DNA of 64,000 bases from Octopus vulgaris (GCA_951406725.2 OX597821.1:118234001-118298000), one strand, 5' to 3'; counted from the stretch's first letter, positions 1 to 13,698 are shown. Numbers and translations: made by a program. Notes: generated from the sequence alone by a model not told the origin.

Positions 1-812
1 GGCTCTTTATGGTATCACAATATCAACCAGACTATCAGGTGCTGTTAGACACCACTGGTCACAATGCGCTTCCAGTTCTGTCTTGATGACATTGTTCTTT
101 TTCACTTTGACCGAAATTGCTTTACTAAATTGTTTACGCATTGTCATGGAGGCCATCCAAGTAGCCTTTTCCGATCTTTTGGATACCACCCGGACTCGCT
201 CTTCAGATAATTTAAATAGAAATAATCTAAGGGAGATAACTCAAAGTGACCAGTTCCATGTATTTAAACAACATAGACAAATAAAACTGGCAATTCATTG
301 GTTACAACAACAAGTATTCTGGTTGATCTGATCAATGGAACAGCCTGCTTGTAAAATATATGTAAGTGGCTGAGTACTCCACAGACACGTGCACCTTTGT
401 TGTAGTTCTCAGGGAGATTCAGTGTAACACAGAATGTGACAAGGCTGGTCTCTTTAATAAAGGTGCAACTCATTTTTACCAGCAGAGTGGACTGGAGTAA
501 TATGAAATGAAGTGTCTTGCTCAAGGGCATAAGGCATTTCCAGGAATCGAACTTATGTTCAGGATTTAAATATCCCAACCCTGAAGCCATGTGCCTTTAT
601 GCTACATAAACAACTACAGGTATGTCAAATGCCCTGCAGGATAAATTCTTGGTTTCTTAAAATCATCGCTGCTCCTAGAAGATGTTTAATAGTTACCAAA
701 CAGCAATGAAGACCAGCTCCACTTAAAAGAGAGGGAGAAAATCACATGATAGTCCATGTCTGTCCTTTCATCTCTGGACAATAAGCTTGTCCTTTTCCTT
801 AATGGTATGTCT

Positions 813-1045
813 AAGGCGGCGAGCTGGCAGAACCATTAGCATGCCTGGTGAAATGCTTAGCGGTATTTCGTCTGCCATTATGTTCTGAGTTCAAATTCCG
901 CCAAGGTCGACTTTGCCTTTCATCCTTTCGGGGTCGATAAATTAAGTACCATTTATGCACTGGTGTCGATATAATTGACTTAATCCGTTTGTCTGTCCTT
1001 GTTTGTCCTCTCTGTGTTTAGCCCCTTGTGGGTAGTAAAGAAATA
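813..1045 (+). mobile_element. tRNA-derived SINE family A (other copies 24746-24971+, 27242-27475+, 45390-45600+, 46612-46843-, 58946-59170+, 61130-61337-, 62625-62860-)
   Basis: aaggcggcgagctggcagaa head, B-box gagttcaaattcc, shared gcctttcatcctttcggggtcgataaattaagtacc box in many near-identical copies. Confidence 0.85.
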
Positions 1046-1360
1046 GAAACAGGTATCTCAACTGTGGACATTTTAACTCTTGAAATTATCTCCCATGCTC
1101 CAGTATGGTCGGTTTCCATTACCATTTCCTAAGGCAGAGATAATTTTAATGATCTTTTCCTTGTTTCAGTCATTAGACTGCGGCCATACTGGAGCAATGC
1201 CTTAAAGAACTTTCAGTTGAATAAATTAACCCCAGTACATTTTTTTAAAGCCTGCTACATATTCCAGCAGTCTGTTTTTGCCAAACTGCTAAGTTATGGG
1301 ACATAAACACACCAACACCGGTTGTCAAGCAGTGGGAGGGTAGGACAAACACAGACACAA

Positions 1361-1435
<75 letters not shown>

Positions 1436-2259
1436 AAATATGTATGATGGGCTGCTTTTAGTTTCCATCTACCAAATCCAAGGCTTTGGTTGGCCCAAGG
1501 CTATAGTAGAAGCACTTACCCAAGATGTCATGCACTGGGACTGAACCTGGGACCATGTGGTTGGGAAGCAAACCTCCTTCTGCCCAGACATGCTTATCCC
1601 TATATTGCATCAAGAACTTATGTTCTATGGTATTTGATACACCTGTACTTGCTCTGTAAATGTTGGATACCCTAGGCCCACCCACCCATTCTGTCACCCA
1701 TCCAATTCTATGCCCTTTCTCTTTCTCTCAATACTATCACTAATTCTTGTTCTCCCACCCTGTCAAACTTCCCCAGCTTCCCCTCTTACCATTCCCTCAT
1801 TCCCCTGCCCCATATCATTGTTCACACTCTCTCCTCTTCTCCTTTCATTATACAAACCACTTTAAGCCCATGGCAGCCTTGTCCATTTATGAGACAGCAT
1901 CACTGGTGCTGCTGTCACAGGGAAACAGGCACCCAGTTCACTCTGTGGAATGGTTGGCGGCAGGAAGGAAAGAATGCCAAAAAGAAGGCATTGGTACAGG
2001 CACATAACTCTGTCAAATTGTTTGGTTCCTTTCAGCAGGGAACATGTATGTTAGATGATGATGATGATGATGGTGGTGGTGAGAAGGATAAGGAGGAGGT
2101 GGAGTATGTGTGGGCAACTGAATAACGCAGCATCTCCACTTCCAAACTTCACTGTGCTCCATGTTAAAAGCCATTTGTTAATTGAGCCACCAAGACTTCC
2201 AGTAAATAGTAAATTGGCAGTGATTTTTCATTAAACCATTATTAATCTGCTTTCCTTAG

Positions 2260-2385
2260 GCAAACCGAAGGATGAAATATGTGTACAAGATCAGTTCAAG
2301 TGTACAAGTAAAGAGTGCATCGATTCATTCAAAGTGTGCAATGAAATAGCTGACTGTGCAGATAAATCTGACGAAATAGGATGCA
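2260..2385 (+). CDS. LRP2: LRP2/megalin-like receptor, LDL-receptor class A exon (first exon visible; gene starts upstream of the window)
   Basis: ttccttag acceptor, gtaagt donor, phase 1-1; KPKDEICVQDQFKCTSKECIDSFKVCNEIADCADKSDEIGC is a six-Cys LDLa repeat with the DCxDxSDE motif. Confidence 0.9.
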
Positions 2386-2479
2386 GTAAGTATCATTTTA
2401 TTTTTCACCAAGCAACCCTCAATAAGAATCAATAGTTTTTAAAAATTTAAAACTACTGTTGCCAATAGCGATTTCTCTC

Positions 2480-2510
<31 letters not shown>

Positions 2511-2918
2511 TTAACTGAGGTAGCTGTGTATCTCCCTCACAGCAAAACATCCCCCCTCTCTGTTCCTCTAGTCATATCCTAACCCCACATTTGGCACAAA
2601 ACCACGTCCCCACCCAGATGAGGTGTCTTATCTTGAAAATCACTTGATGACCTCACTGCTACTGGTAACACATGATCAGCACCCAGTACACTCTGTAGAT
2701 TGGTTGGCATTAGAAAGAGCATCCAATTGTAGAAAGCAAGCCAAGAGCAGACAGCAGAACATGATGCAGTCCTCTAGCTTGCCAGCTGCCATCTAACTGT
2801 CAAACCCATCTCAGCACAGAAGGTATACATTAAATAATGATGACAACGATGATGATGATGATTGCAATCATGACTATGATGACAATGATGGTGATGATGA
2901 TCATATATATATTATATA

Positions 2919-2963
<45 letters not shown>

Positions 2964-4278
2964 CAAAGTGAAGTTGTAAGGTACCACACGAGTGGAAATA
3001 TATATGAAAGAAAGTTTGAAAATGCAATTTTAAAGATGTTTATTCACTTTACCAGTTTCAGTTTTTTAGAAAAAGATTGTCAAAAGTAAAATGTAAAGCT
3101 TTATATAAGCTTTTTTGTGTTAAGTACTGGTAGTCACAAAAGTATTAAAATACATATATACACTCTTTGGTAATATAATAAGAAAATGCTAAAAGCAGTT
3201 TACAAGAAAGTATTTAAGAAAATATTCAACAAAAAGTATTAGGAGTTCAATAAAAATCATGTTTGTTTGGTATAGTATATATATATATATATATACACAC
3301 ATAAACAGATATATTTAAGAGTTTACAAAGAATATGAGATGAACCAACCTGTTTTCTAGCATTTTTTATTTTGTGTGTAGCTAAGGATTGTTTACTATAT
3401 TAAGGGACAGTGTGGGGGATTGGTTGGGATGGGTGGAAGGAAGAGCAGTGTGCAATTAAAAGAATTTTTTGTTTCTGGGCTAGTCTGTCATGGTTCAGTG
3501 GTTTTGGGGACTGGTCTTAGAGGTCAGAATGGTGTGCGTGTGTGTGTGTGTCTGTGTACGTCTCCATGTGCGTGTGTATATACATGTGTTTGTGTTTGTG
3601 TGTGTGGGCCGTTTTTGATTAGTCTCAGAGTTTGTGGTGTGTGTAAATGTGTCTGTGTGTGTTTTATATTTGGTAGGATGGTGTGTGTATATGTGTGTAC
3701 GTTTGTATGTGTGTATGTGTGTGATTAATATTTGTTAGGGTGTTGTGTGTGCGCATGTGTGTGTATGTGTTTGATCGCATGTGTGTATGTGTGCATCTGT
3801 GGGTGCATGTGTATGTTTGTGTTGGTGGGGATGTTATGTGTGTGTAAGTGAGTGTGTGTGTATGTGAGTGTGTGTGTATGTGAGTGTGTGTGTGTGTACA
3901 TGAGTGTGTGTGTTTGTCTCTGAGTATGTTTGTGTTGTTATAATTGTCCTGGTTTTGTGTGTGTGTGTGTATGTGCGTGATTGGTATTTGTCAGGGTGTT
4001 GTGTGTGCACATGTGTGTGTCTATGTCATTTTATTACTGGGGTACGCCAACGTAACATGGCAGTCCTGGACACAGATCATGTCGTATAGCCAGCTGGAGA
4101 CGATGTCTCCTGGGGCTAAATTACAGCAACATTAGTCCTAAACCATGACTGCCATGTTATATTTAATATAGTAAAGATTATAGTAATCTTTACTATATTA
4201 AATAATAATTATATAAAAACTCCAGGTGGGATCTTGGAAAGCTTATCTATAACTTGTATATTTCTTTATGTTCTACAG

Positions 4279-4419
4279 TTAAAAATGCTGGTGCCGTCAA
4301 CTGCAGCATTGATAATGGAGGGTGTCCCCACAATTGCACGGATCTCGAAGGAGGTGGTATGATATGTTCCTGCCGAAGCGGTTTCAAAATGAAAGATGGA
4401 AAGACAAAAGAATGCGTGG
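4279..4419 (+). CDS. LRP2: LRP2-like, EGF exon
   Basis: ctacag/gtaggt, phase 1-1; NCSIDNGGCPHNCTDLEGGGMICSCRSGFKMKDGKTKECV. Confidence 0.9.
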
Positions 4420-4635
4420 GTAGGTAGAATAATACACCTGTCTTTGGGGTTCCCTCACCTGTCTTTGTATTTTGCATTTTGTTCTTCGAACAGTTTTGAA
4501 CCATTTGTAGAAAGAAATTGTCTGCTTTGCTAAATTCTTGTGGATGTTGTAGTTATAATGTCAATTAAGAGAGGAATCTTCCGTTGGAGTTGAAGGGCCA
4601 ACAGAGATACTGCAAAAGTATTTTATCCCGTCTTA

Positions 4636-4848
4636 TGATGATGTTGATGATGATGACAACGATGACGGAAATGATGATGAGGACAATGACGACAACGACC
4701 ACGATGAGGATGAGGTTGATAATGGTGATGGTGATGATGACGCGGAGGAGGAAGAGGAGGAAGATGGTGGGGGGGGTTGGTGATGGTGATGGTGATGGTG
4801 ATGATGATGCGGAGGAGGGAGATGGTGGTGGTGATGGTGATGATGACA

Positions 4849-4882
<34 letters not shown>

Positions 4883-5056
4883 TTGATGATAATGGATGAT
4901 GGTGATGATGATGGTGGTGGTGGTGGTGATGGTGATGGATGATGGTGATGGTGATGGTGGTGGTGCTGATGATAATGGATGATGGGGATGATGATGGTGG
5001 TGGTGTTGATGGTAATGGATGATGGTGATGGTGATGATGATGCAGAGGCGGATGAT
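4636..5056. repeat. (GAT/GGT)n low-complexity tract
   Basis: Mixed trinucleotide repeats. Confidence 0.9.
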
Positions 5057-5164
5057 TGTCAAGGTCTTTAACTTTCTGCCACTTTCTACAGACATAAAAC
5101 AGAATCAAGATGGAAGTAAGGCAACCGTAAGGCATTGATTTAAATTGGAAATTCTCTTTTTCAG

Positions 5165-5296
5165 ATGTTAACGAGTGTGAACTTTCAAATAACAAATGTC
5201 CTCAGCTCTGCAACAACATAAAGGGTTCCTACAAATGCCTGTGCCACGAAGGGTTCCAAGATCCTTTATTACCCACTCCCAAATGTAAATACACAA
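5165..5296 (+). CDS. LRP2: LRP2-like, calcium-binding EGF exon
   Basis: tttcag/gtaagt, phase 1-1; DVNECELSNNKCPQLCNNIKGSYKCLCHEGF. Confidence 0.9.
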
Positions 5297-5756
5297 GTAA
5301 GTAAATTAACATACCTGTGTGTGTGTGTGATTATATGATTATGAGATTGTGGCTTCATGATCCTAAGAATGTGGTTTCGATTCCTGGACTGGGCAACGCA
5401 TTGTGTTCTTGAGCAAGACACTTCATTTTGTGTTGCTCCAGTCCACTCAGCTGGCAAAAGTGAGTTATCTTGCAACAGACCAGTGTCCCATCCAGGGGAG
5501 AAGTATATACACCACAGGAACTGGGAAACCGACCCTTATGAGTGTATCTGACTCAGCAAGGACCTTTATCTTGTCTATCCCATCCACACGGGGACCTTTG
5601 TATCCAGTTTTCTGCAAGTACATGTCTGGTCATGAGGAAATATTATTTTACTCAGAAACAGGTGAGAGTTGGCAACAGGAAGGACATCCAGCCACAGAAA
5701 ATTCACCTCAACAAATTCCTGTCCAACCCATGCCAGCAAGGAAAAGTGGACATTAA

Positions 5757-5959
5757 CCCTTTAGCATTCAGATTAATCTGTCAAATATAATACTTATTTA
5801 GTCACATTGTTTTGAATTAATACTGCTTTATCTCATAGCTTTGAGATTCTGAGGATATAATTGTTTATTTTCAGAATGACATTGTAGGGTAGGTGTGAGG
5901 GGCTGGATTTGGCCAATTTAAATATTTGGGCCGGATACGGCCAGTTAAATGCTAAAGGG
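5757..5959. mobile_element. piggyBac-type MITE
   Basis: TTAA-ccctttagcatt ... aatgctaaaggg-TTAA, inserted in the tail of a (GAT)n-ending repeat. Confidence 0.85.
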
Positions 5960-6002
5960 TTAAAACGATGATGTTGATGGTGTTTTTGTTGTTTTTTTAC
6001 AG

Positions 6003-6279
6003 AGGAAGGCAAAATAAGCATCTTCATGTCTGTGGGTAGCGGCATCCGAAGATTTGATCCCATAATCAAAGAATACATGAGCACCTTACTCTCCATACAA
6101 AAATCGCAGGGTTTAGCGGTCGACGTTGAACGGTCAACCCTTTACTGGACAGATATGATCAGCAAAACAGTGATGCGTTCTTATATTTCTCAAAAATCTG
6201 ATAATGTTGGAATCCCACAAGACCTGAAGATCAGTAATCTAGACGAACCAAATGGCATTTCCATTGACTGGACATCAGG
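6003..6279 (+). CDS. LRP2: LRP2-like, YWTD propeller exon
   Basis: ttacag/gtaaat, phase 1-2; GLAVDVERSTLYWTD...PNGISIDWTSG. Confidence 0.9.
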
Positions 6280-6539
6280 GTAAATAACATTATAGCCAAC
6301 AGCAAAGTATTCTTTTCTTATTCATTATTTCATTATTTCTGCAAAATTTGTTTTTGTGTTTACAAAATAACTCTATGTATGTGTGTGTGTGTGTGTGTGC
6401 ATGTGCGTATGTGTGTGTGTGTGCGTGTGTGTGTGGCACCTTGAGCAAGTGTCTTCTACTTTAGGCCCAGGCTGACCAAAGCCTTGAGATTAGTAAGTAG
6501 ATTTGCTAAGTGGAAACTGAAAAACTATATATTTATATT

Positions 6540-6577
<38 letters not shown>

Positions 6578-6645
6578 GTGTGTGTGTGTGTAGGTGCATA
6601 CGGGTTTGTGTGTGTACATATATGTGTCTATGTATGTGTGTGTGT

Positions 6646-6684
<39 letters not shown>

Positions 6685-6689
6685 AACTT

Positions 6690-7955
6690 ACGATTTGTTC
6701 AAATATGTTTGTGACATATTTTAACTTCTAAAGGCAAATTCAGTGCAGTTTACCATGGAGAAATAATTCTTGCTTATGGTAAATGGTGTGAAAACACCTT
6801 ATCTGCTCAGTGTCTCCTCCTAACAAATTCCTAGATGTGTTTCTGGCACCTTAACCTTCCTCAGAAGGAGATACCAAAGAGAGATAACCCTGGGCAGATT
6901 AGAAAGCCATAGCTTTATCTTAGACCAGCCAAGCACCAGGCCAGAGCAGATACAATAGTAGCAGCACTAAGCAGAAATTAGATTCGTTCAAAAATATATT
7001 TTAACTAACACATTTTCACTTCTAAAGGCAATTTCACTGCAGTTTACCATGGAGAAGAATTCTTAGGCATAAGAGGAATCAGATGTGGTGCGCAAGACTG
7101 TGCTGGTATGGTCATGTGATACATATGGATGAGGACAGCTGTGTAAAGAAGCGTTGTTCTCTAACTGTAGAGGGAACCTGTGGTAGAGGTAGACCCAGGA
7201 AGACATAGGACAAGATGGTGAAGCATGACCTTTGAACTTTGAACCTCACAAAATCAATAACTAGTGACCGAGACCATTGGTGATGTGCTCTGCTTAAGAG
7301 GATCTGTCAAGCTAAGTGCAGCCATGCTGGTGGCACATAAAAAACATCAACTTTTGAATGTTGGGCGTCATAGAGGCAAAGTGGCTGAGTGCCTTTCAAG
7401 TGTTGGGCCTCATGGATGTATAGTGGCTGAGTTCCTTTTGAGTGGGCCTCATGGAGGTGAGGTGGATGAATTCTTTTCAAGTGGTGGGCCTCATGGGGGC
7501 AAAGTGGTCAAGCTCCTTTTGAGTGTTGGGTCTCATGGAAGCAATGACCAAGACCTTTGACATTATGTCATGTTTGAGAAAACCCATCAAGCGGAGCAAA
7601 ATCACTGTCATGGTAGATACCAGTGTCATGCAAATCGCACCTGTGCCAGTGGTCCATAAAAGCACCCATTAGAATCTTGGTGGGGTTGGCATTAGGAAGG
7701 ACATCCAGTCATAGAAAACCATGCCAAATCAGACTGGAGCCTGGTGCAGCTTTCCAGAGTGCCAGCCCAGTCAAAACACCCAACCCATGCCAACATGGAC
7801 AACGGGTGTTAAATGATGATGATGATGATGATGATGGTAAAAGGAGGAAGAATGTATTATCTGCTCAGTGTCTTCCCTGGTGAACTCCTTGGTTAAAATG
7901 CAGCAAATTTGCCTTTAGAGGTTAAAATATGTCACAAACGTATTGGAACAAACCT
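6690..7955. mobile_element. TIR element with nested RTE/SINE insertions
   Basis: ~65-bp inverted repeats at 6695-6760 and 7886-7951; a direct copy of the left repeat at ~7010-7056. Confidence 0.55.
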
Positions 7956-8018
7956 AAAGTTTGTTTATTTCTAATTATTGCCTTGCACTCCTACTACTAC
8001 TACATATATAAGTATATA

Positions 8019-8054
<36 letters not shown>

Positions 8055-8058
<4 letters not shown>

Positions 8059-8323
8059 TAAATATAAGGGTAGCAAAAAATTCTAGAAAAAATTTTCCGC
8101 TACCAGCGGTCCAGTGAGAAAGAAAAGATAGTCAAAGACTATATAATATACATTCAAAAATATAAGGAATGGCCATAATAGGACATTCGACTCACTAGAA
8201 AGAGCAGCCAAACTCAAACCGCTAATAGTTGTAATTCTTTCAATTTCAGAATTACAACTATTAGTGGTTTGAGTTTGGCTGCTCTTTCTAGTGAGTCGAA
8301 TGTCCTATTATGGCCATTCCTTA

Positions 8324-8328
<5 letters not shown>
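8055..8328. mobile_element. (TA)n-embedded fold-back element
   Basis: 81-bp arms at 8158-8238 and 8248-8328 with one mismatch, (TA)n on both sides. Confidence 0.7.
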
Positions 8329-8363
<35 letters not shown>

Positions 8364-8723
8364 TATATATGCTGATACATTGTTAAAACCATCCTGTACA
8401 CTATAAAGTGGTTGGCATCAGGAAGGGCATCCAGCCATAGAATCCTTGCCAAAACTGACAATTGGGGCCAGTTGCAGCTTGCCAGCTCCTGTCTATGAAC
8501 AAAATTCCATTCTCAAAGCAGCAGTCCATCTGATGCCATGATTGAGGAATAGAAGCCAGAAATACACACAAAAACAATCTTCTTAACTAAATGGTTGTAT
8601 CTTATTTTGATTTGATAAGCAGGTGCCATTTATTCTTTTCTTTGACTTTTATCATTCTTGATAAATTCTCAATAACTTCAGCAGCAATAATGTTAATTTC
8701 ATATTTTCCTCTTTTTATAACAG

Positions 8724-8852
8724 GAATGTTTACTGGACCGACTCCAAAAAGAAAACAATATCTGTGGCGGCTAAAGATGGAAGATACAGATACACTTTAA
8801 TCAAAACAGAACTTCGTAGACCTTATGCTATTGTCGTTAACTCACAGACTGG
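8724..8852 (+). CDS. LRP2: LRP2-like, YWTD exon
   Basis: taacag/gtaggc, phase 2-2; NVYWTDSKKKTISVAAKDGRYRYTLIKTELRRPYAIVVNSQTG. Confidence 0.9.
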
Positions 8853-9439
8853 GTAGGCATTTTCATTCAAGAGACACATTATCAATCACTCATTATATTC
8901 TTCAGGTATTTTCTCCTGCCCTGTTTTGAAGCCATAACGAAACACCAACCTCAAAGACAACACTAATTTTGACTGGAATATTTGCAAACATAAAGATTTT
9001 CTCTTTCTTTTTTTTCATATATCAATGATTTCACATATTTCATCAGAATGTTTTGTCATTGGCTTAGTGACATATGGATCATGTTGATCAGTTATAGCAA
9101 ACATGTTTTATTTTGCTTTTACAGATGGTGGGGTTGGTTGTGACCCTTATGTTACCATTGGTGGTTGGGTTGTAATTGTTGAGTTAGTGAACAAACATGT
9201 ATTTTATTGGTTGTGTGAATAATTGGAAGCAAAATCCATGAACATTTGACTGAAATATTTATTGTTGCACATGAAGACGATTGCGATTGGACAGTCATCA
9301 GGTGAAGGGGATGCTCTGAGAATGAAGCTGCCAGAACAAGACTCGGCTGGGCAAAGTCCAGGGAGCTTCTACCTTTGCTGGTAACAAAGGGCCTCTCCTC
9401 CAGAGTGAAAGGCAGATTTTATGGTGCTTATGTGCGAAC

Positions 9440-10150
9440 AGCCATGCTACATGTCAGTGAAACATGGGCTGTGACTGCATGGGCCGGCAAAGCTTGAAAG
9501 AAATGAAGCTGGTGTGTTTCACTGGATGTGTAATGTCAGTGTGCATGTACGACAGAGTGTGTCTCAGGAGAAAAACTGGGTATAAGAGGTACCAGATGTA
9601 CAAGAGGCACCAGATGTACAAGAGGCACCAAATGTACAAGAGGCACCAGATGTATAAGAGGCACCAGATGTACAAGTGGCACCAGATGTACAAGTGGCAC
9701 CAGATGTACAAGAGGTACCAGATGTACAAGAGGCACCAGATGTATAAGAGGCACCAGATGTACAAGAGGCACCAGATGTACAAGTGGCACCAAATGTACA
9801 AGAGGCACCAGATATACAAGAGGCACCAAATGTATAAGAGGTACAAGATGCATAAGAGGCACCAGATGTATAAGAGGCACCAGATGTATAAGAGGTACCA
9901 GATGTATAAGAGGTACCAGATGTACAAGAGGCACCAGATGTAGTGTACAACAGAGGAGAGTGCACTGGTATGGACATGTGATGCTTATGAATGAGGGCAG
10001 CTGCATAAAGAAGTGCCAATCACTAACTGTGCAGGGAACCAGAAGAAGCAGTAGACCCAGGAAGATGTGGAACGAGGTGATGAAATATGATCTTTGGATG
10101 TTGTGTCTCACAGACGTGATGACAAGTGACAACATTTTGGCCATGTAGCA
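9440..10150 (+). mobile_element. RTE LINE 3' fragment containing an expanded minisatellite
   Basis: HWYGHVMLMNEGSCIKKC..V.GT....RPRKMW.EV; same family as 7064-7310 and 51420-51760. Confidence 0.7.
9581..9941 (+). repeat. 18-bp minisatellite, ~20 copies
   Basis: Unit gtacaagaggcaccagat (YKRHQM in translation). Confidence 0.95.
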
Positions 10151-11834
10151 TTTTTAGTGTCTTGCCATGAAACTTGTCTTTGTTGCCATTTTCAACATTT
10201 AGAGAATGTTCAAACATTTATGGAATGGCACTTGTGACACTCAAACATTTAGGGGATGGCACTTCAAACATTTAGAAAATGGCACTTGTAAAACTCAAAC
10301 CGTTGTCACTAGAAAATTTGATGCGTTTTTATTCGTCTCCTCACGCTTTGTTGCAAGTACAATGTAAGATACATGTGTTTCTTTGGCAGCAGATGCTTAA
10401 CCATCAGGCAGACTGACAGACTGACAGACTGCTGAGCAGGGGTCAGTACTCTCAGTGATAAACATTTCAGAAACTGGGATAAGCTCTAACTGATGAGTTT
10501 AAGGGTTTTAACTTTTAAAGCTTTTGCATAAACATATACAGACGTGGCTATGTGGTTAAGCAATTTGCACCCCCATACAACATGGTTTGGAGTTCAGTCC
10601 CATTGCATAGCACCTTGGGCAAATGTCTTCTACAATAGCCCTAGGCCAACCACAGCCTTGTGAGTGGATTTGATTAGACTGAGACTGAAAGAAATCTGTT
10701 ATATTGCAAGTTACTAGGTGGCGCTGTCAGTGCAGGTACCACTTAAGAAAGCATCCCATCCACACTGTAAAGTGGTTGGCATTTGGAAGGGATTCCAGCT
10801 GTAAAAACCTTGCCAAAACTGACCTCACCTGTGCTTGTGCCACGTAAAAAGCACTCAGTCCACTCTACAGGGTGGTCGGGGTTAGGAAGGGCATCCAGCT
10901 GTAAAAGTCCTGCCGAAACAGACACAGAAGTCTGCAGGCTTCTACTTGGTTGGCTCCTGTCAAACCATCCCACCCATGCCAGTATTGAAGGCAGGCATTA
11001 AATGATAATGATGATGATGATGATGATGATGGTATATATATATATATATATATATCATATATGATATATATGTATATATATATACAGAAAGAGAGAGAGA
11101 AAGAGGGTTCATGGCCTGGTGGCCTAGTAATTAAGGTATTGCACTCACAGTCACACCATCATGGGTTCAGTTCCTGTTGTGTTCTGGACCAAAAGACGTC
11201 ATTTCACTATTTTACGTTGCTCTGCAATCACTTCATTGTCTAACATTGTACACCTGTCCAGGCACACTTACACACCTGTACAAGCACACTTGCGCACCTG
11301 TACAAGCAATGTCAATTCGATGGAGGGAGGGAGTTAAAGTACAGCTTATATATGTTTGATCACTATAAACAAATCACCTGCAAATTTCCACTGTGCCACT
11401 AACTGGGTGTATTTAAGGGGTGTGAATCAGCTTGCTTTGTACTTTCTTGGGAAACCCCAGCATTTCTAGGGATTTTCTGTTGTTATGTAACCCAATGCAA
11501 GGAGGACAATAGGTACTAACAAAAGTTCCTCACCTGAATTTAGTAGTTGCATATTTTTCATTAGTTCTTCATCAATGCTCCTATCTCCCCCAATATTTGA
11601 TGAAATATTCATATGCACTGATCAGTTGATCTCTTCATCATGGCATCATTTTTGCTTCCCATGGATTATAATTGTATGTGACCCATTAGGGTTATGCCAG
11701 GTTGCTGTTTTCCTTCGAATGCTCCACCAGTGTTCTTTATTTCCATGCATGTGAGTATGCTTCTTCCTCTTCCTTCTCTCTCCCCCATCATCATCATCAT
11801 AACTTTTATGCTTGTTTCCCATGCACTTTTTCAG

Positions 11835-12058
11835 CTGGATGTACTGGACAGATATAAACAGTTACAACCCAAAGATAGAAAGGTCTTGGATGACTGGTGA
11901 GAGAAGACAGGTTCTAGTGAGCAAAGAACTGGCACGACCAAGTGGAATTGCCATCGATTACTTCATGAACAATCGTGTGTTCTGGTCTGATTCCAAATTC
12001 AACAGAATCCTGTCAATGAAACCGGATGGCACCGACCAAGTGGTTGTTATTGGAAATG
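11835..12058 (+). CDS. LRP2: LRP2-like, YWTD exon
   Basis: tttcag/gtatca, phase 2-1; WMYWTD...PKIERSWMTGERRQVLV...PSGIAIDYFMNNRVFWSDSK. Confidence 0.92.
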
Positions 12059-13036
12059 GTATCAGATTTATTTATTTTTGCTTATGAAGGGGCAAGGGAT
12101 AGGGGCAGTACCCAAGGTCTTTTTACAGGGCCTCCTTTAATCTGGTCTGAATGTTCACAATAGTGGATTCTGCTAAAAGTATTTGAGGGACAGTTGGAAT
12201 GTTAAATGGGAGCAATGGCTTAATTTCCACCACCTTTAAGTACAGGTTCAAATAAAATCCATCCACCTAACTGGATGGATTTTTATCCTTAAGACACTGC
12301 CCCAGCATGGTCACAGTTAGATAAATGAAACAAGTGAAAGACAGACACTTTTGGTCCAGGGTGCTACCATTTCTAAAACTCCACAAACATAAACACGACA
12401 GCATGATGGTTATCTCACAGTGGGACTGAACCTGGAACCATGTGGTTGGGAAGCAAGCTTCTTACCACACAGCCACAAATAAATCTTTTTTCATAGAGTA
12501 AATCAATTTTGTTTCCTATACAATGATGTATGTACACTATTTGAGGGCATAAAAAATGCATGGGTACATTTGATGGGTACCCTAATTTCAGCAGTGCATA
12601 TTCAGGTATAGAAGCTTTTAGTGCATTAAAACTTATGCGTGATCTAACTTGGGTTCAATGGGGATATTTTTTGAGACAAATTTTTGGGGGAAAAAGGTGT
12701 ATCTTGCATGGCATCAAATACAGTGTGTACATATTCTCTTTATTCTTTATTTGTTTCAGTCATTTGACTGTGGCCATGCTGGAGCACTGCCTTTAGTCGA
12801 GCAAATCAACCCCAGGACTAATTCTTTGTAAGCCTAGTACTTAGTGGTTCGGCAAAAGAGGCCGATAGAATAAGTTATGCAGACATAAACATACCAGCAT
12901 ATATATATGATACATTGTTTTTCCACCCTCCTTTGTTTTCTTTCCTCATTTGTTTCTGAAGAAGAGCACAGGTTCAAAACATCAAAGATTCTTCCATTTT
13001 TCTTGAGCATCAAACATATACCCGTTGTCATTTCAG

Positions 13037-13210
13037 CAATTAACCCAGTGAGTATTGACCTGTATGAAAGTGAAATATACTGGGTGTCCCAAAATGAAGG
13101 CAAACTGATGCAAATGGATAAATTTGGACGAGGTATAAATGTTACTCTGAGAGACCAACTCTTTTCTCCAAGCAGTGTAACTGCATCCCCACCATACAAT
13201 TATCCAAAAG
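13037..13210 (+). CDS. LRP2: LRP2-like, final propeller exon
   Basis: tttcag/gtaagt, phase 1-1; NPVSIDLYESEIYWVS...MDKFGRG. Confidence 0.9.
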
Positions 13211-13572
13211 GTAAGTGATCTCTCTTTCTATCTTATTCCATCTCTCTCTCTCCTTCCCTCTCTCCCTCCTCTCTTCCTCTCTCTCTCTCTCCTCCATCTC
13301 CCTGAATTTCTCTCTTTCATTGTGTATTTCTGTATAGTGGATTTTTTTTATTCATTGCCTGTCACCAAGCCTAACATGTACACTCATCTTGAACTCCTTA
13401 TGCTGCCTCTCTCTCTCTCTCTCTCTCTCTTTCCTGCTCTTCTTTCTATACAATGTAATGTAAGTCAGAAGAAATCACTCGACCAACCATCAAACCAACC
13501 AACATTTATTTATATATAAATCAGCTTCTAGTTACATACAGACGTTTGTTATTTTGTGTTTGTTTTGTGTAG

Positions 13573-13698
13573 TCACAAGCGAATGTGCTTCAGAAAAGAC
13601 ATGCAGCCACCTCTGCCTCCTGATTCCAAAGGGTTATCGGTGCGCATGTCCTGATGGCTCCAAGTTTATTGAAGGGTCCACTACAATGTGTGATGCAG
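13573..13698 (+). CDS. LRP2: LRP2-like, EGF exon
   Basis: gtgtag/gtaaga, phase 1-1; [38 protein letters not shown], closely resembling the post-propeller EGF of megalin as I recall it. Confidence 0.92.

Noticed and set aside
7-331. Short ORFs at the window start
   Set aside because: No LDLa/EGF cysteine pattern or recognisable domain; part overlaps a repeat
3380-4130. Long GT-rich segment with Cys/Val ORFs
   Set aside because: Degenerate (GT)n sequence; no element or gene assignable
4565-5195. Poly-His/Pro/Met ORFs
   Set aside because: Trinucleotide low-complexity intron sequence
9454-10144. Overlapping 150-200 aa repetitive ORFs (YKRHQM, HLVPL, TSGASC)
   Set aside because: Translations of an 18-bp minisatellite inside a LINE fragment; also not CRISPR, since there are no unique spacers
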